From: Cyanophora paradoxa CCMP329
Lineage: Eukaryota > Plantae > Glaucophyta
NCBI GenBank assembly: GCA_004431415.1
Contig: QPMI01000075.1
Location: forward strand, 1 to 64,000
Reading direction: 5' to 3'
Length of the DNA: 64,000 nt
Numbering within the stretch: the first letter of the stretch is position 1; each line of letters starts with the position of its first letter. The notes beneath the pieces were generated by a model that saw only the letters and a list, made by a program, of their open reading frames with translations, was not told the DNA's origin and did no database searches. Made by a program: the position numbers and the translations under genes. This document shows, in pieces, positions 12,331-23,499 of this stretch.

Positions 12331-13559
12331 CAGGTATGGGTTGTTCGAGGAGAAGGGTGTGGCCAGGTGGGCCCCAGACCGGGGGTTGGGGTCGATGAGG
12401 GAGAGAGGAGCCGCTCTAAGGGCGGCCAGGCGAGATTTTATGCCATCAAGGAGGGAAGTACTCGGCGGTCATACCGGGGCCGTCAGGATCGATGGCAGCC
12501 GAGTAGGGAATGGCTCGGCGGCCATATCGTTCGAACAGTATGGGGAGGGCGCCGGTTTGGTCGCGGAGTGGGAAAGTGGTGGGTGCCGGGCGGGGCGGGG
12601 TGGGTGGCAGTGCGGGCAGGATAGGGCAGGTCCCGTGCCCATTGTTCTGCGATCAGGGAGGAAATGGGGAGTCCCACATGCCAGGATCACAGCGGTGGTA
12701 CGCGATCAGAGGGCACCAGCCTCAGCTTGGGAGGTGGGGGCAAGCGTGAGATCTTCGTCCCAATACCAGGCGGGAGAGGCGTGTCGCGGTCGGCGGGACA
12801 GCCGGTTTGCAGAGGGAAGTTTGATAGAAAGTCCAGCTGGGGCCGGGGCCCGAGGATGGGCTAAGTGGTGGTCGAGGGCGAGCTTCCTTGTAGGCCCGGG
12901 GTCGGGGTATTCGGCGTCGGGGGGGTCCTCGGGGAGTGGGTGAAGGAAGATTGGGTTGGGAGGGGAGTACCATTGGAAGGAGATGTTGCGAGTGATGTTT
13001 TTGCGTCCGAAGGCTTCTAGGAAGGCTGAGTAGGCGCGGAGGATGTCGCAGTCCGAAGTGATGGTGAGATGTGCGTCGGAGGGGAGGAGAGCGTGGTTTT
13101 TGGGGATGCGGATGCAGCGGTTCCAGATGAGAGTTTCCTCCGCTGCGAATGCCCGTTCGAGTCTAGCCGACGCGAGGGGGACGAGGTCTAGGATCAGGTG
13201 GGTGTTGGTAGTATCAGAGGCGTCGACATATTCGGCTAGGTCCGCCTGGCAGCGGAGGAAGTTGTAGTCGGCCGGGCTATCTGCTAGAATATATGTGCGA
13301 AGATGCCGGCGAGGCGGAAAGAGGGACGAGAATAGCGACGGGGGAGGGGCGAGGAGGAGTCGTCCGAAAAAAGGAGTCGGGCGTCGGGGATGTCCATTCC
13401 ACAATATAATGATAAGGGCCGAGGCAGGGAACGTCTGCGGGGCAGTAGGTGGGGGGCAGCTGGTCCGCTGAGGGGGACGCGGGGTCGGCGGGGGAGGAGG
13501 GGACGGGCGTCGGGTCGCCTGTGGGTTGTAGCCGTTGCGGTTGGCCGCGGAATGGTCTT

Positions 13560-13980
13560 TGGTTGGTGAGAGGGACCCATTGGAGCGTGATTTGGAAGTT
13601 TGGGTCTTGAGCGATACGAATGGCGTATTGCGTGCGAGCGTTGAGGAGAAGGGCCCGTCTTCTCGGCGGAGCAGGGTGCGGAAATTGATAGGGTGGGAGA
13701 AAGAGGAGGGGTCTCGGAAGGCGAAGGCTGTCAGGGCCCGGATAGTGTTTTGGCTGTCCGTGATAATTTTCCCACCGTGGGCCCGAAGTACGTGAATGCT
13801 GCGGAGATCGCGCCTGCTAGCTCTCCCAGGTTCACGTTGTGTTGGACACCGGGAGGCGGTGGGCGAACTCGATGTGGTTAGGTAGGTCGGGATTATTTTC
13901 GAGGGGTGCAAGGCCGGCGTAGGTGGTTCGGACTGATGCGGAGCCCTGTTTTTGTGTGCTGGCGTCCGTGTATATTACCC
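13560..13980 (-). CDS. RNase H domain of the retrotransposon
   Basis: Joined frames give VIYTDAS...NVNLGELAGAI...IITDSQNTIRAL...ITLQWVPSH (D, E, D and His loop). Confidence 0.8.
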
Positions 13981-14817
13981 GGGGAGTAGGGTCGGGGGGG
14001 GAGGTGGGAGTTTAGGGCACGGAGCGTGGGGCAGAGCTCAGCGAAGAGGGCTCGGGAGGTGGCGAAGAGGAAGTCGAGCCCGGTCGAGGAATCATAGAAT
14101 TCGCGGTCGGCTTGTGAGGGAGGGTCCTCGGGCGTGGGCGTCGCTCGAGGCGACATTGGTGGCCTGGGCTTCCGCGCGAAGGAGTCCCACCAGTCAGTTT
14201 CCCGGAGCAGAGGTCGATGAAACCAATATGTGTGATTTCGCGGGGGAGGTTGGGAGGGGGAGTTCGGGGTCATATTGGGCGGAGGGGGTTTCTGAGGAGG
14301 GGTCGAGGCGGGCTTTTTTAGCTGCTCTTGTGGGTTGAGCGCGGGTGGGCTGTTGTCCTCTGAAGCGGGAGCATGGGAAGGCGGGGGCGGAGTCGGGCAG
14401 CTGCCGGGAGCGGGTGGGAGCCGGCCTATTTAGGTTGGAGAGGCTCGGAGACCAGCCCTTCGATTCGCACGAGGAGCCCGCTGGAATTCGGCGAACGTGG
14501 GATGCGTACTCGACCCAGCGGCAGGCCGTTGTGGAGAGGCCCAGCTCGCGATGGAGCTGTTCGGAGCCGCAATATTTTGGGTGGGGGCAGAATTGGAATT
14601 CGAGTCTGCGTTCACGCCAGGCAGGGTCGAGTTCAAGAGCTGATAGGCCGGGGTCGCGTGTGGAAAGTCCATCGTATGGGGTGAGGCAGTAATGGACGAG
14701 TTCCACCCATAATTATACTCTGAGTCTCGGGGCAGTTAGGGTCCGCGTCGGGGTCCTCGGGAGCCAGTTCGTCCGGGTTTTCGTCCGGGAGAGGGGGTTT
14801 CCCGACGACGCGACCAA

Positions 14818-17657
14818 CTAGGCCTTGGGACGTCCAGACAAAGTCACCAATTTTGAGTCCCGCAAGGACGGCGTCGGCTTGGAGAGAGCGACGGATGTCT
14901 GGGATAGAGGGCGGCGGGGGCATGGGGTATCGGGGAGGAAGGGGGACTGGATGGAAGGGCGGGGAAGAGAGAGTTCTTCGCGGACCGCGTCCCACCAGGA
15001 GGGGGCACGTTTGTAGTATGCCGGGACACGACCATGACTCCAGAGGAGGGACCAATCAGCTAGTGAGCCGTCGGAGGACGTAATGTCACGGATGGTGAGG
15101 AGGCCGCAGCGATAGAGGCGCTGGCCGGCTCGTTGGAGGGTGAGGGGCGTCAACTGTGATGATATAATGTATTCTCGGCGAAGGTGGGACCGTCGGGAGG
15201 GGAGGCCGTGCGTCCAGGAATCGCATGTTGTGAGGATGTGGTGGGAGGTGGAAGTCAGGTCTGCCGTGATGGCGAGCGTAATATTTTTCTGTAGTGTAAG
15301 GGGCCCCGAAGGAAGGTTCGGATATTCATGTGGGAGGAGAGGGAGCCCGTACCGGGCCTGGGTGTCGAGGACGCGTTGTCGGTATATTTGGCCGTAGAGT
15401 GATGATGTGTGGGAGGCGAGTTCCTGGCGGAGGCGCTCGTCGACGCACTGCTGTTGGCGTTGGATGACTGCTATTGAGGGAAGGCGATAGATGGAGGAGA
15501 ATGCAGCCGTGGAGACGGACTGGGCCAGGTTGGCAGTATGTTTGGCCGCGGTGAGCCAAACAGCGTCGAGGGACTGGCATTGGGATGGCGTTAGGGTCAT
15601 GATGCGGAGGGGGTATGACAGTTTAGGGAAGAGAACCCGGTGTAATATCACTTGGAATTCGTGAACGGTAATCTTTTTCGTGGCTAGGATCGAGATTGCG
15701 GATTGGAGCTGGGATTTGAGTAGGCGGACTTGGTGGGTCCAGGACAGGTTCGCAGTAAACTGGACGCCGAGGACGCGGAAGGGCGTTGTGGGGGAGAGGA
15801 TGTGGCCAACCTCAGCTCTGGATCCCGGAATCGCCAACTCCGACATAGTATTTGCTCTTGACCGGCTCTTCGGATCGGGGGGGTTTCCAGTGAAAAATTT
15901 CCGTCTTTTTGGCGTTCAAGTTCATGCCATGGACATGTAGAAATTCGGACAGCCAGTCAAGCATATGTTGGAGGCCCTGAGCCGAGCTGGCAAGCATGGT
16001 GGTGTCGTCGGCGTATGCAAGCACAGAGACTTTGGGGCAGGGACCGGCGGGGAAGTAGAGGGGTTCGCCAGGGCATGGTGGGCGGGGGGAACGGGGGCGG
16101 GTCGGATCAGATCGGTGCGGCCCAAGCTGGTAGCCGAAATTGGACTGAGTCGCTCGTTCTTCAATGGCGGTGAGAGCGGCGTCGAAGAAAATGCGCCAGT
16201 GGAGGGGGCTTCGATGCCACCTTGGGGAGGCCACAGGGACTTGAAAATAATCAGTGCGGCCGTGGGGGTAAGGATGCACGCCGTGCGGTGTTGAGCTGCT
16301 TTTTTGTGGAGGGCTATATATCGTTTCCCTTCAGGATGGAGGTGGAGTTGGATACGTTAAGGCTGAGCTCTTGGCTATGCCAGGAGACACTGTCGTAGGC
16401 GCTGGCGATATCCCCCAGGCCGCCAAAGATTGGCTTTTTGAACTGGTGCGCGTCCTCGAGGGAGGATCGGAGGGCGTAGAGGACAGGGTCGGTAGATTCG
16501 CGGCGACAGAAACCATAATTACGGCCGCGTAGAATGTTATGTGTATCAATGCGGTCTTCCATGCGGTGGGTCAGGAGGCCCGTGACCAGCTTCCAGGTGA
16601 CTTCTTGAAGGGTGATGGGGCGGAGATCGGCGAGATCTGCTGAATTATCTCGTTTCGGGATAGCGTAGACTTGGCCGCGAAGTGCGTGGTCGGGCACGTG
16701 GCCGAGAAGAGTGGATTGAACTAGAGATCGGATGGCGTCGCGCGAGGTGGTCCAGTGGGCCGCGGACTCGAAGCTGTTTATCTCGTCTGTAGAGTGTGAG
16801 GCGGCTAAGGTCTGGCGTTCCGTCTTGGAGAGGCGGAGGGGGGACCAGAGCATTTTAAGCATTCCGTTCGTGAGGCCGGAGGGACCGCCAGCGCCATTGG
16901 ACAGGGACGAGATGAGGCGATCGAGTTCGGGGTCCTCTGGCATGGCCATTAGCCCGTCCCAGACGGCGGGGGCGAAGTGGGAAAGGGGTCGGTACTGGCT
17001 TTTCCAAAATCTGCCCAACCAGGCGCCGTTTTCAATGACCTCGAATTTCGTAGCTATGGCATCCAGGTTTGGGGCGGCCTTGCGGAGTCGCCAGAAATTT
17101 TTGAAGTGATCCAGATGTGCGCGTTTAATTTCAGTGGGATCAGTGAGCACTTCGGGGAGTCCCGCTGCCGTGCGGGTAAGATACTGGCGAGGGGCGGATC
17201 GGAAGCGGGAGAGAAGGAGTTGAATAGCCCGACCCATGCTTCGACAGTGGGACAGGAGGTGGCGGCGGGTGTCAATATTGCGAGCGATGTCGGCTTCGGT
17301 GTATGCGCGGCGATGATTGTCCAGGGCGGCCCGCGCCTGTAAATGCCACATGCTGAGTTGAGCATGGTACTCGGCGATTTCAGATCCTGTAATGATACCA
17401 TTCTCGAACTCAGGGTAATTAGGAGGGTCGGGGAAAGCGAGGAGGGAGGGGCAAAATGCCAGCGTGGTGTCCGAGCCCGCAGATTTTCGGATGTCTGTCA
17501 CGTCTTTGGGAAGGTCCCGGAAAACGGCCCGAATAGTTTCGTCAGGCGGGTGGTCTGTGGAACCTTGGCGCGCCCAGTCGTTTAGGGCCTGTCCGACGCG
17601 GCCAACAAGTTGTTCGTCGTCAGCGTCCAGCGCAGACAAGTGGTTGAATTTAGCCAT
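14818..17657 (-). CDS. Reverse transcriptase of non-LTR retrotransposon (frameshifted in this assembly)
   Basis: IPKRDNSADLADLRPITLQE; NYGFCRREST; DIASAYDSV; GLPQGGIEAPLHWRIFFD (joined frames); LAYADD at 16004-16015; FRVLGVQF; LFPKLSYPL. Confidence 0.95.
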
Positions 17658-18029
17658 ATCGCCCTGGGCGGCTACTCGGTGTTGGAGGACTTTTGCAGTA
17701 GAGAATTCTTTAGCGTGAGCGACGGACTTGATACTCTGGGCGATTGCGCAGAGGAGGGAGCGGTGGGATTTCGTGGCGCGGCGGGCGTAGTCGGGCTGTT
17801 TTCGGGAGTGAGAAGGAGCTGGATATACCGCTGACCGTGTTTATTGAGAAAGGCTTCGACAGCGAGCTTGAAAGCAAGCCGGATTGGTGCAGGCTGGGCG
17901 GCATAGTTGAAGAGAGGGGGAGAGGCTGGGTCGGGCTGGCGGGGGCGGTCGGGGGGCAGAGAGCACTCCTTCGGTTGTGAAAGTCGCCAGTACTGGGAAG
18001 TGATCGGCTGAGAGCAGGGGGAGGTCGTC

Positions 18030-18870
18030 CAGGGACAGCCAGTGTACGAGTGCCCAGCGAGCGGGCCGCTAGGGTGGGGGAGGCGAGGGCATAGTCGAGG
18101 CGGGCGGCGTTCAGGAGAGGGCGGTGGCCGTGCTCGTCGATGAAGTCTGCGTGGTGTGAGATGTGCGTGAAATCGCCGGGGGTACCGGTGTCGATGAGGC
18201 CCCAGGTCGCTCGGAGGAGGGTCCAGATTTCCGCGTAGGAGTTCGGGGGTGTAGTTTCGGTGCGCCGGTTGCCCCCGGTGATCCGGTCGTTGCACGGAGA
18301 GTATGTGCTATTCATATCGCCGAGTACCAGGAGATGTGTCTGCCAGTCAGGCTCGTGGAGGTCAGGTGCGACCTTCGCGGTCAGGTATTCGGTGAGGTCG
18401 TGGAGCTCTTTTTGCAAATTGTCGTGCCCGCAGTCCGGTACGTAGAGTGAGAGGACAATGAGGCGCTCGCGCGTGCGCGGGAAGTCAAACCGAGCGCCGG
18501 CTACTCGGCCGTCAAACGCGTAATCCGCCTGGCGGTGCGCTGCATAGCTTGCTGAGATCCACAGCGCGGAGCCGGCGGTGCCAGGACGGGCCGCGGAGGG
18601 AGGGGAGTAGACAAGGTAGCTAGATTTATGGCGGCGGACTGCCGTCTTAATCAGGTGATCGCGGATATTGGGCGGAAAGGGCTTCGAGGGGGGGCGGTCA
18701 ACGGGGACCATGTCGACCTCTTGAAGAGCAACGAAGTGACAGTCCCAATCACGGCGGCCATAGTCGATTGCGCTGATAAATTTAGTTGCAATATTGTTGC
18801 CGCTCGTCTTCCCCTCCAAGCGGCGAATATTCCACGTGAGGGCGCGGAGGTTCAGCTTCGCATTAGCCGC
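18030..18870 (-). CDS. Apurinic/apyrimidinic-like (APE/EEP) endonuclease of the retrotransposon
   Basis: LRALTWNIR, VALQEVD, LSLYVP, LVLGDMNS, DFTHISH, ARLDYALAS. Confidence 0.92.
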
Positions 18871-20585
18871 GTCCGGGGATGTGCTAGGACGGGGATCTGG
18901 AGCACATCACGATGGCGGCGAGCGTCAATACGGTCAGCGGTGTAGAGGGAGGGAGGGTATAGCGTTAGAAGGGACGAGGCCGCCGTGACTAGTGTCGGGG
19001 AGGAGAGGGCAGCGGCGGCGGTAGCGACTGCAGCGGCCGTAGCTGTGCTGGGCTCAATGTCCGCAAGAGCGACGGGGACAAGGGCGGCGAGGAGGGCACA
19101 AAGGAGGAGGCGCGCGGGGAGAGGGGCCGGGCGGCTGAAGGTCCGTTGGACTTGTGGGGCGCGGCGCGCAGGCCGGCCCAGGAGTTCGAGACCGGCGTCA
19201 TGCGGCGCAGCGTCCGTGGCGCCGGCGTCAGCGGGGCCAGCGCTGGCGTGCACGTAGGCACTGGCGCGGAAGCTAACTGCGAGGTACGCGGCCGTGCGCG
19301 TGGCTGGTACGCGTCCGGGTCCGTACGCGGGGCTCGTACGACAGCTCTCGGCGCCATGCAGCGCGGCGTCCGCGGCCGAGCTCGAGGCGCCGGCGTTGGC
19401 GGGGCTAGCACTAGCGTGGGCGCCGGAGCTAGCTGCGAAACCTGCAGTGGTAGTATCGGTGCTATAGCTAGGCGCCGGCACGCGACCGTACGCAGGGTTG
19501 GTGGTACTAGCTATAGTGCAGCTATTAAAGCGCCAATCGCGGATTGCGGAGGTATTGGGCCGCTTCGAATCATTGCCCGACTCACCGGTCGCATGAATAG
19601 AAAAAACTGTTCGCGTTGGAGTTTTTTGACGGCACGCGGCGGGGGTACCGGTAGGCGCAGTTTCGTCCGGGGCCCTGAGACGTTCCGACCGGAAGGGGAG
19701 GCTCCACCGGCCACTGCAGTAGGCGGCGGCGCTGATGGGGCTTCCGTGCTCCAGTCCAGCGATCAGGTTCTGGAGCATGCCGTAGCGCGGTCTAGCGAAC
19801 GTGGTCCAGGAGGTGCTCCAGCTGTAGACACGGCGACTGAGCTGCGAAAGTACTTGCGTGGCCTGCTGGATACCGAGGCGAACAGCGCGGCGTGGAGCGG
19901 CAGCGACAGTAGCATCAGTACGGGGATTGGCCTCTCGCTGCGGGCCTGGAGACGCGCTCGACGGGCGGGGCGTTGCAGGCGGACCTCCGGGACACTTCTG
20001 CACACCGAGGTTTGTTCTAGGGGTCGGACAGTCGGCTCGGGAGGCCGACAGCGTTCTGGGGAGGCCGACAGCGTTCTGCAGGTCGAACGGAGGCGAGACA
20101 GGCGGCGCGATGGGGCCCGGCGGCGGCTTCACTTCAGGTCCAGGTCCGTCAGCACGGGCGCGGCGCCGGGCAGCGGGGCGGCCGATAGCGTCCTGCAGGT
20201 CGCGCGGCGCGGGCGGAGGCGAGACAGGCTGCACGCTGGGGCCCGTCGGCGGCTCCACTTGAGGTCCAGGTCCGTCAGCACGGGCGCGGCGCCGGGCAGT
20301 GCGGCGGCCGACAGCGTCCTGCAGGTCGCGCGGCGCGGACGGAGGCGAGACAGGCGGCGCGCTGGGGCTCGGCGGCGGCTTCTCTTCAGGTACAGGTCCG
20401 TCAGTCCGGGCTCGGCGCGGGGCAGCGGGGCGGCCGACAGCGTCCTGCAGGTCTCGCGGCGCGGGCGGAGGCGAGACAGGCGGCGCGCTGGGGTTCGGCG
20501 GCGGATTCACTTCAGGTCCAGGTCCGTCAGCACGGGCGCGGCGCCGAGAAGTGCGGCGGCCGACAGCGTCCTGCAGGTCGCGCTG
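18852..20585 (-). CDS. Retrotransposon N-terminal region, part 3 (42-aa repeats, low complexity, signal-like LLLCALLAALVPVALA just before APE)
   Basis: ORF 18852..20642. It continues in frame with 35648-35849 and 36772-39527 once the insertions and one TSD copy each are removed. Confidence 0.7.
   Translation of the reverse strand, partial: QRDLQDAVGRRTSRRRARADGPGPEVNPPPNPSAPPVSPPPAPRDLQDAVGRPAAPRRARTDGPVPEEKPPPSPSAPPVSPPSAPRDLQDAVGRRTARRRARADGPGPQVEPPTGPSVQPVSPPPAPRDLQDAIGRPAARRRARADGPGPEVKPPPGPIAPPVSPPFDLQNAVGLPRTLSASRADCPTPRTNLGVQKCPGGPPATPRPSSASPGPQREANPRTDATVAAAPRRAVRLGIQQATQVLSQLSRRVYSWSTSWTTFARPRYGMLQNLIAGLEHGSPISAAAYCSGRWSLPFRSERLRAPDETAPTGTPAACRQKTPTRTVFSIHATGESGNDSKRPNTSAIRDWRFNSCTIASTTNPAYGRVPAPSYSTDTTTAGFAASSGAHASASPANAGASSSAADAALHGAESCRTSPAYGPGRVPATRTAAYLAVSFRASAYVHASAGPADAGATDAAPHDAGLELLGRPARRAPQVQRTFSRPAPLPARLLLCALLAALVPVALADIEPSTATAAAVATAAAALSSPTLVTAASSLLTLYPPSLYTADRIDARRHRDVLQIPVLAHPRTRLMRS
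20040..20585 (-). repeat. 126-bp coding tandem repeat (RDLQDAVGRPAARRRARADGPGPEVKPPPSPSAPPVSPPPAP), left part
   Basis: ctgcaggtc recurs at 20193, 20319, 20445 and 20571 (126-bp period). Confidence 0.95.
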
Positions 20586-23470
20586 TATAACTGCACTTTT
20601 TGACATGTACATTTGACCACTTCTGCCCAAAGTCCTACCCAAACTTTGGGTTTACCCAAACTTTGGGTAAGCCCAAACTTCTGACCGAAATCGGGCTAAA
20701 GTTCTGCCTGAACTTTGGGTTTACCCAAACTTTGGGTAAGCCCAAAGTTTGAGCCTCAACTCTTGGCAGAACTTTGGGCTTGCCCAAACTTTGGTCAAGC
20801 CCAAAGTTTGAGACTCGACTCTGGGCTGAAGTTCGGGCTTGCCCTCAAGCCCGAGCTTTAAAGCCCCAGCTGCAGTTCGACGGTCTAGCTGCACTGCACG
20901 TCGGGAGAGAGCTCGAGGTCGCCGCGACCGAGCCGACGTCGAGCGCCGCGCACTCTACCAAGGCGTGGCTAGCCTGGGCGCTAGCCTAGGCAGCTTGCTA
21001 GCGCGGGGCGTGTCCCCATCGGCTCTGGCGGTCGCCGCGCATCCTCAGTTCAGCTCCGCGCCTTGCAGCCTTGGCGGTCGCAGCACGCAGATATCGATCG
21101 CCTCAGCTGCCGCAAGTGCCCCGTCCCACGCCGTCCCAGTCGGATGCGGTTCCGCGTCCCTCGCTTCGGGCGCTCGCACAGCTCACGACGCGCGCTCGCG
21201 GCGCAGGACCCTGGATCGCCCGCGCGACAGCGCGAGCGTGCGCGAGCATGTGGCCGGCGGTGCGCGCTCGCGGCCCCTGCGGACCGCGTTCCCTTCGCTC
21301 GCTTCCCCTTAGCTCGGGCCTCTCGCAGAAAGCGCTCGTCTTCACCCCCCACGTCTGCGTGGGGGCTCATGGGGGTGAGCTCATCTAGGCTGTATATGTA
21401 CATGTACACACTGAAAGTGAAACTGAAATTCTCTGCCTGCCGCTCCTCTGCATAGCCTAGCGGCGACTACGCAAAACTACGCGTGCGGGCCAGCAAGGGC
21501 AGGGCCCCGGGCGATGCGACTAGCGATGCGTGAAGGCGTGAAGCGATGCGGCCCGCGCGCGCTGTAGGTCATGTGGCACCTCGCCGGGCCCGCTGCGCTT
21601 TGCGCATCGCGGTTAGCGAGCGCTCGAATCGAGGCGGAACCGAACGGGCCGCTGCGCACCTCGGCCAGGAGAGGGAGCAGCACACCGGCTCGAGCTCGCC
21701 CCGCGGCCAGGATTCCCGCGACCGCGACCGCGATGGCGAGGGCGAAGCGCTCGCTGCGCTTGGAGAGTCAATCGAAAGAAAAGAAGCGTGCGCGCCGACA
21801 AACGACCGCACCTGCGCCTGAGCGGCCGAAAGCATAATCTGCAAGGCGCTCGGCAGCCCACGACCGCGCGACCGCGACGGCGAGGGCGAGGGCGAAGAGC
21901 TCGCTGCGCTCGGATCGAAAGAAAAGAAGAATGCGCGACGGCAAACGACCGCACCTGCGCCCGAGCGGCCGCAAGCATGAACTCCGAGGCCGATCCCAGC
22001 AGCCACTGGGCCACACGTCCGGAAAGCGGCACGCGCTGCGCTGCGCACGCCGCCGGCGTTACAACAAGATCGAAGGACGAGCAGCGGAGACAAGAGCGAG
22101 CACCTGGCCTGCGGAAGAAGGCGCCGGGCGAACTGGGCGGTGGTGTTCTGCTCGCGGGGACCAGTCACGCCCGCTCCCTGGCCCGCCAGCGGAATGAGGG
22201 ATTGAATCAAAGGAGAGGAAACGAAAAGCACCTTGCTTAGCCTCCGCAGCCGCCGCCTACGTTCCGCGCGTGCCTGTCAGCGGCAGAACGCCCATTGGCG
22301 ACAGCCGCGGGAGGAATGGACGACAAAGCCAACAAGGAGATCGATAGCGATGCGTTCGCGAGCATTCGCGGCCGCAACCGGGCACCAGCCGCCCTGAAGC
22401 AAGGCTCTGCGTTTGAAATCAGGCGGGCGACAGGCGGCGAGAGGGGCAGAGGATGCAAGAAAGTACCTTCGAGCATCGTTCGCGCCTGAAGCCGACGATG
22501 TTCGCTGCGGCGGCAGCAAGTCCGTTCGACCTGGTTTGAAAGCGGAGTCAGAGACGCGGGCAGCGCTGCGAGACCCCGGAGGAGCGAACGAACCGAGCCG
22601 CTGTGAGAGTGAAGCGCGTCCGCGCGGCAGCCTTCAGTCGAGGCTGCAGCTGCTGGCAGCAAGGCACTTGAAGGCACTTTAAGGCAGCAAGTTTGGGGTA
22701 CACGACTGTTGGGAAAAGCCTTGTGAGGCCCACAGCGGCAGGGCCGCCGCGGCAGCCGCGCCGTAGTATAGCTTTCCGAAGCCGTCTGAAGCGATTGCCA
22801 ACGGCTCTTGCGGCCCTCGCTTGCCCCAGGCGCAGGCGGTGCACGCAGCGCCTCCCGCTGCGGCACCTTCGCGCGTGCTCGCAGCACGCAGCGCACGGCA
22901 GCTACGAGCACGCGAGCTTGTAACCATGGGTCCAGCTCCCCCAGTAGCATCGTCCCTGCGCCGCGCCGATCCACAGCTAGATCGACCGGGCCCGCAACGC
23001 AGCGCTGGGTGACTTCGCCGTGCTGGCCGGGTTCTTTGCGTGGCGTTCAGCTCACTTACATCCGCAGTATCTCTACCAGACATCCCCGCGGTCGATTTGG
23101 AGGGTTGAGGTGCACGCCGGCCGTGGATGCGGTTCTGGTCGCCGGCGGAGCTCTCTCGCATGTTTCGGTGCATAGAGCGTCCCTTTGAGATGCTCACGCA
23201 GTGCCTCTGACTCTGGACTGGCCGAGCGCTGCGTGAGCGCGCGGACCGACGCAACCTCCCGATCGGCGGTCGCCTCGGGTGCGCCTGCCAAGCACAGCAT
23301 TGGGCCAGCGACGCGCGAGCACGTGGCTTACGAGGCCCAGACCGCCGGGACGGGTGAGCCGCCTCGGATCGTCGCAGTTCGGGAGTGCTTCTACTACGTA
23401 TACATTGCCTGGGTGAGCACACAGATGCTATTTGAGCCGGCTGCGTGCGTGCGCGTCGCTGACGGGGCGC
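20586..23470 (+). repeat. Left terminal inverted repeat (~2.9 kb)
   Basis: Reverse complement of 32740-35647. Mirrored ORF translations confirm this (e.g. 22548..22844- equals 33365..33661+). Confidence 0.93.
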
Positions 23471-23499
23471 ATGCTGGACGTGCCGGGCGGCGGCGGGGA

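Noticed and set aside
13284-13580. Cytosine methyltransferase (LSLYCGMD resembles motif I)
   Set aside because: No downstream PC, ENV or RxR motifs were found; likely coincidental.
7549-18870. Calling the LINE ORF an old decayed pseudogene because of its frameshifts
   Set aside because: The shifts cluster at C/G homopolymers, and the same error type separates otherwise identical array copies. Catalytic motifs and the TSD are intact. This copy is, however, disrupted by the nested insertions.
20626-20860. Telomeric repeats or mini-CRISPR
   Set aside because: The motifs are palindromic CCCAAA-N-TTTGGG, not strand-biased tandem telomere units. They mirror at both transposon ends in a eukaryotic context with no cas genes.
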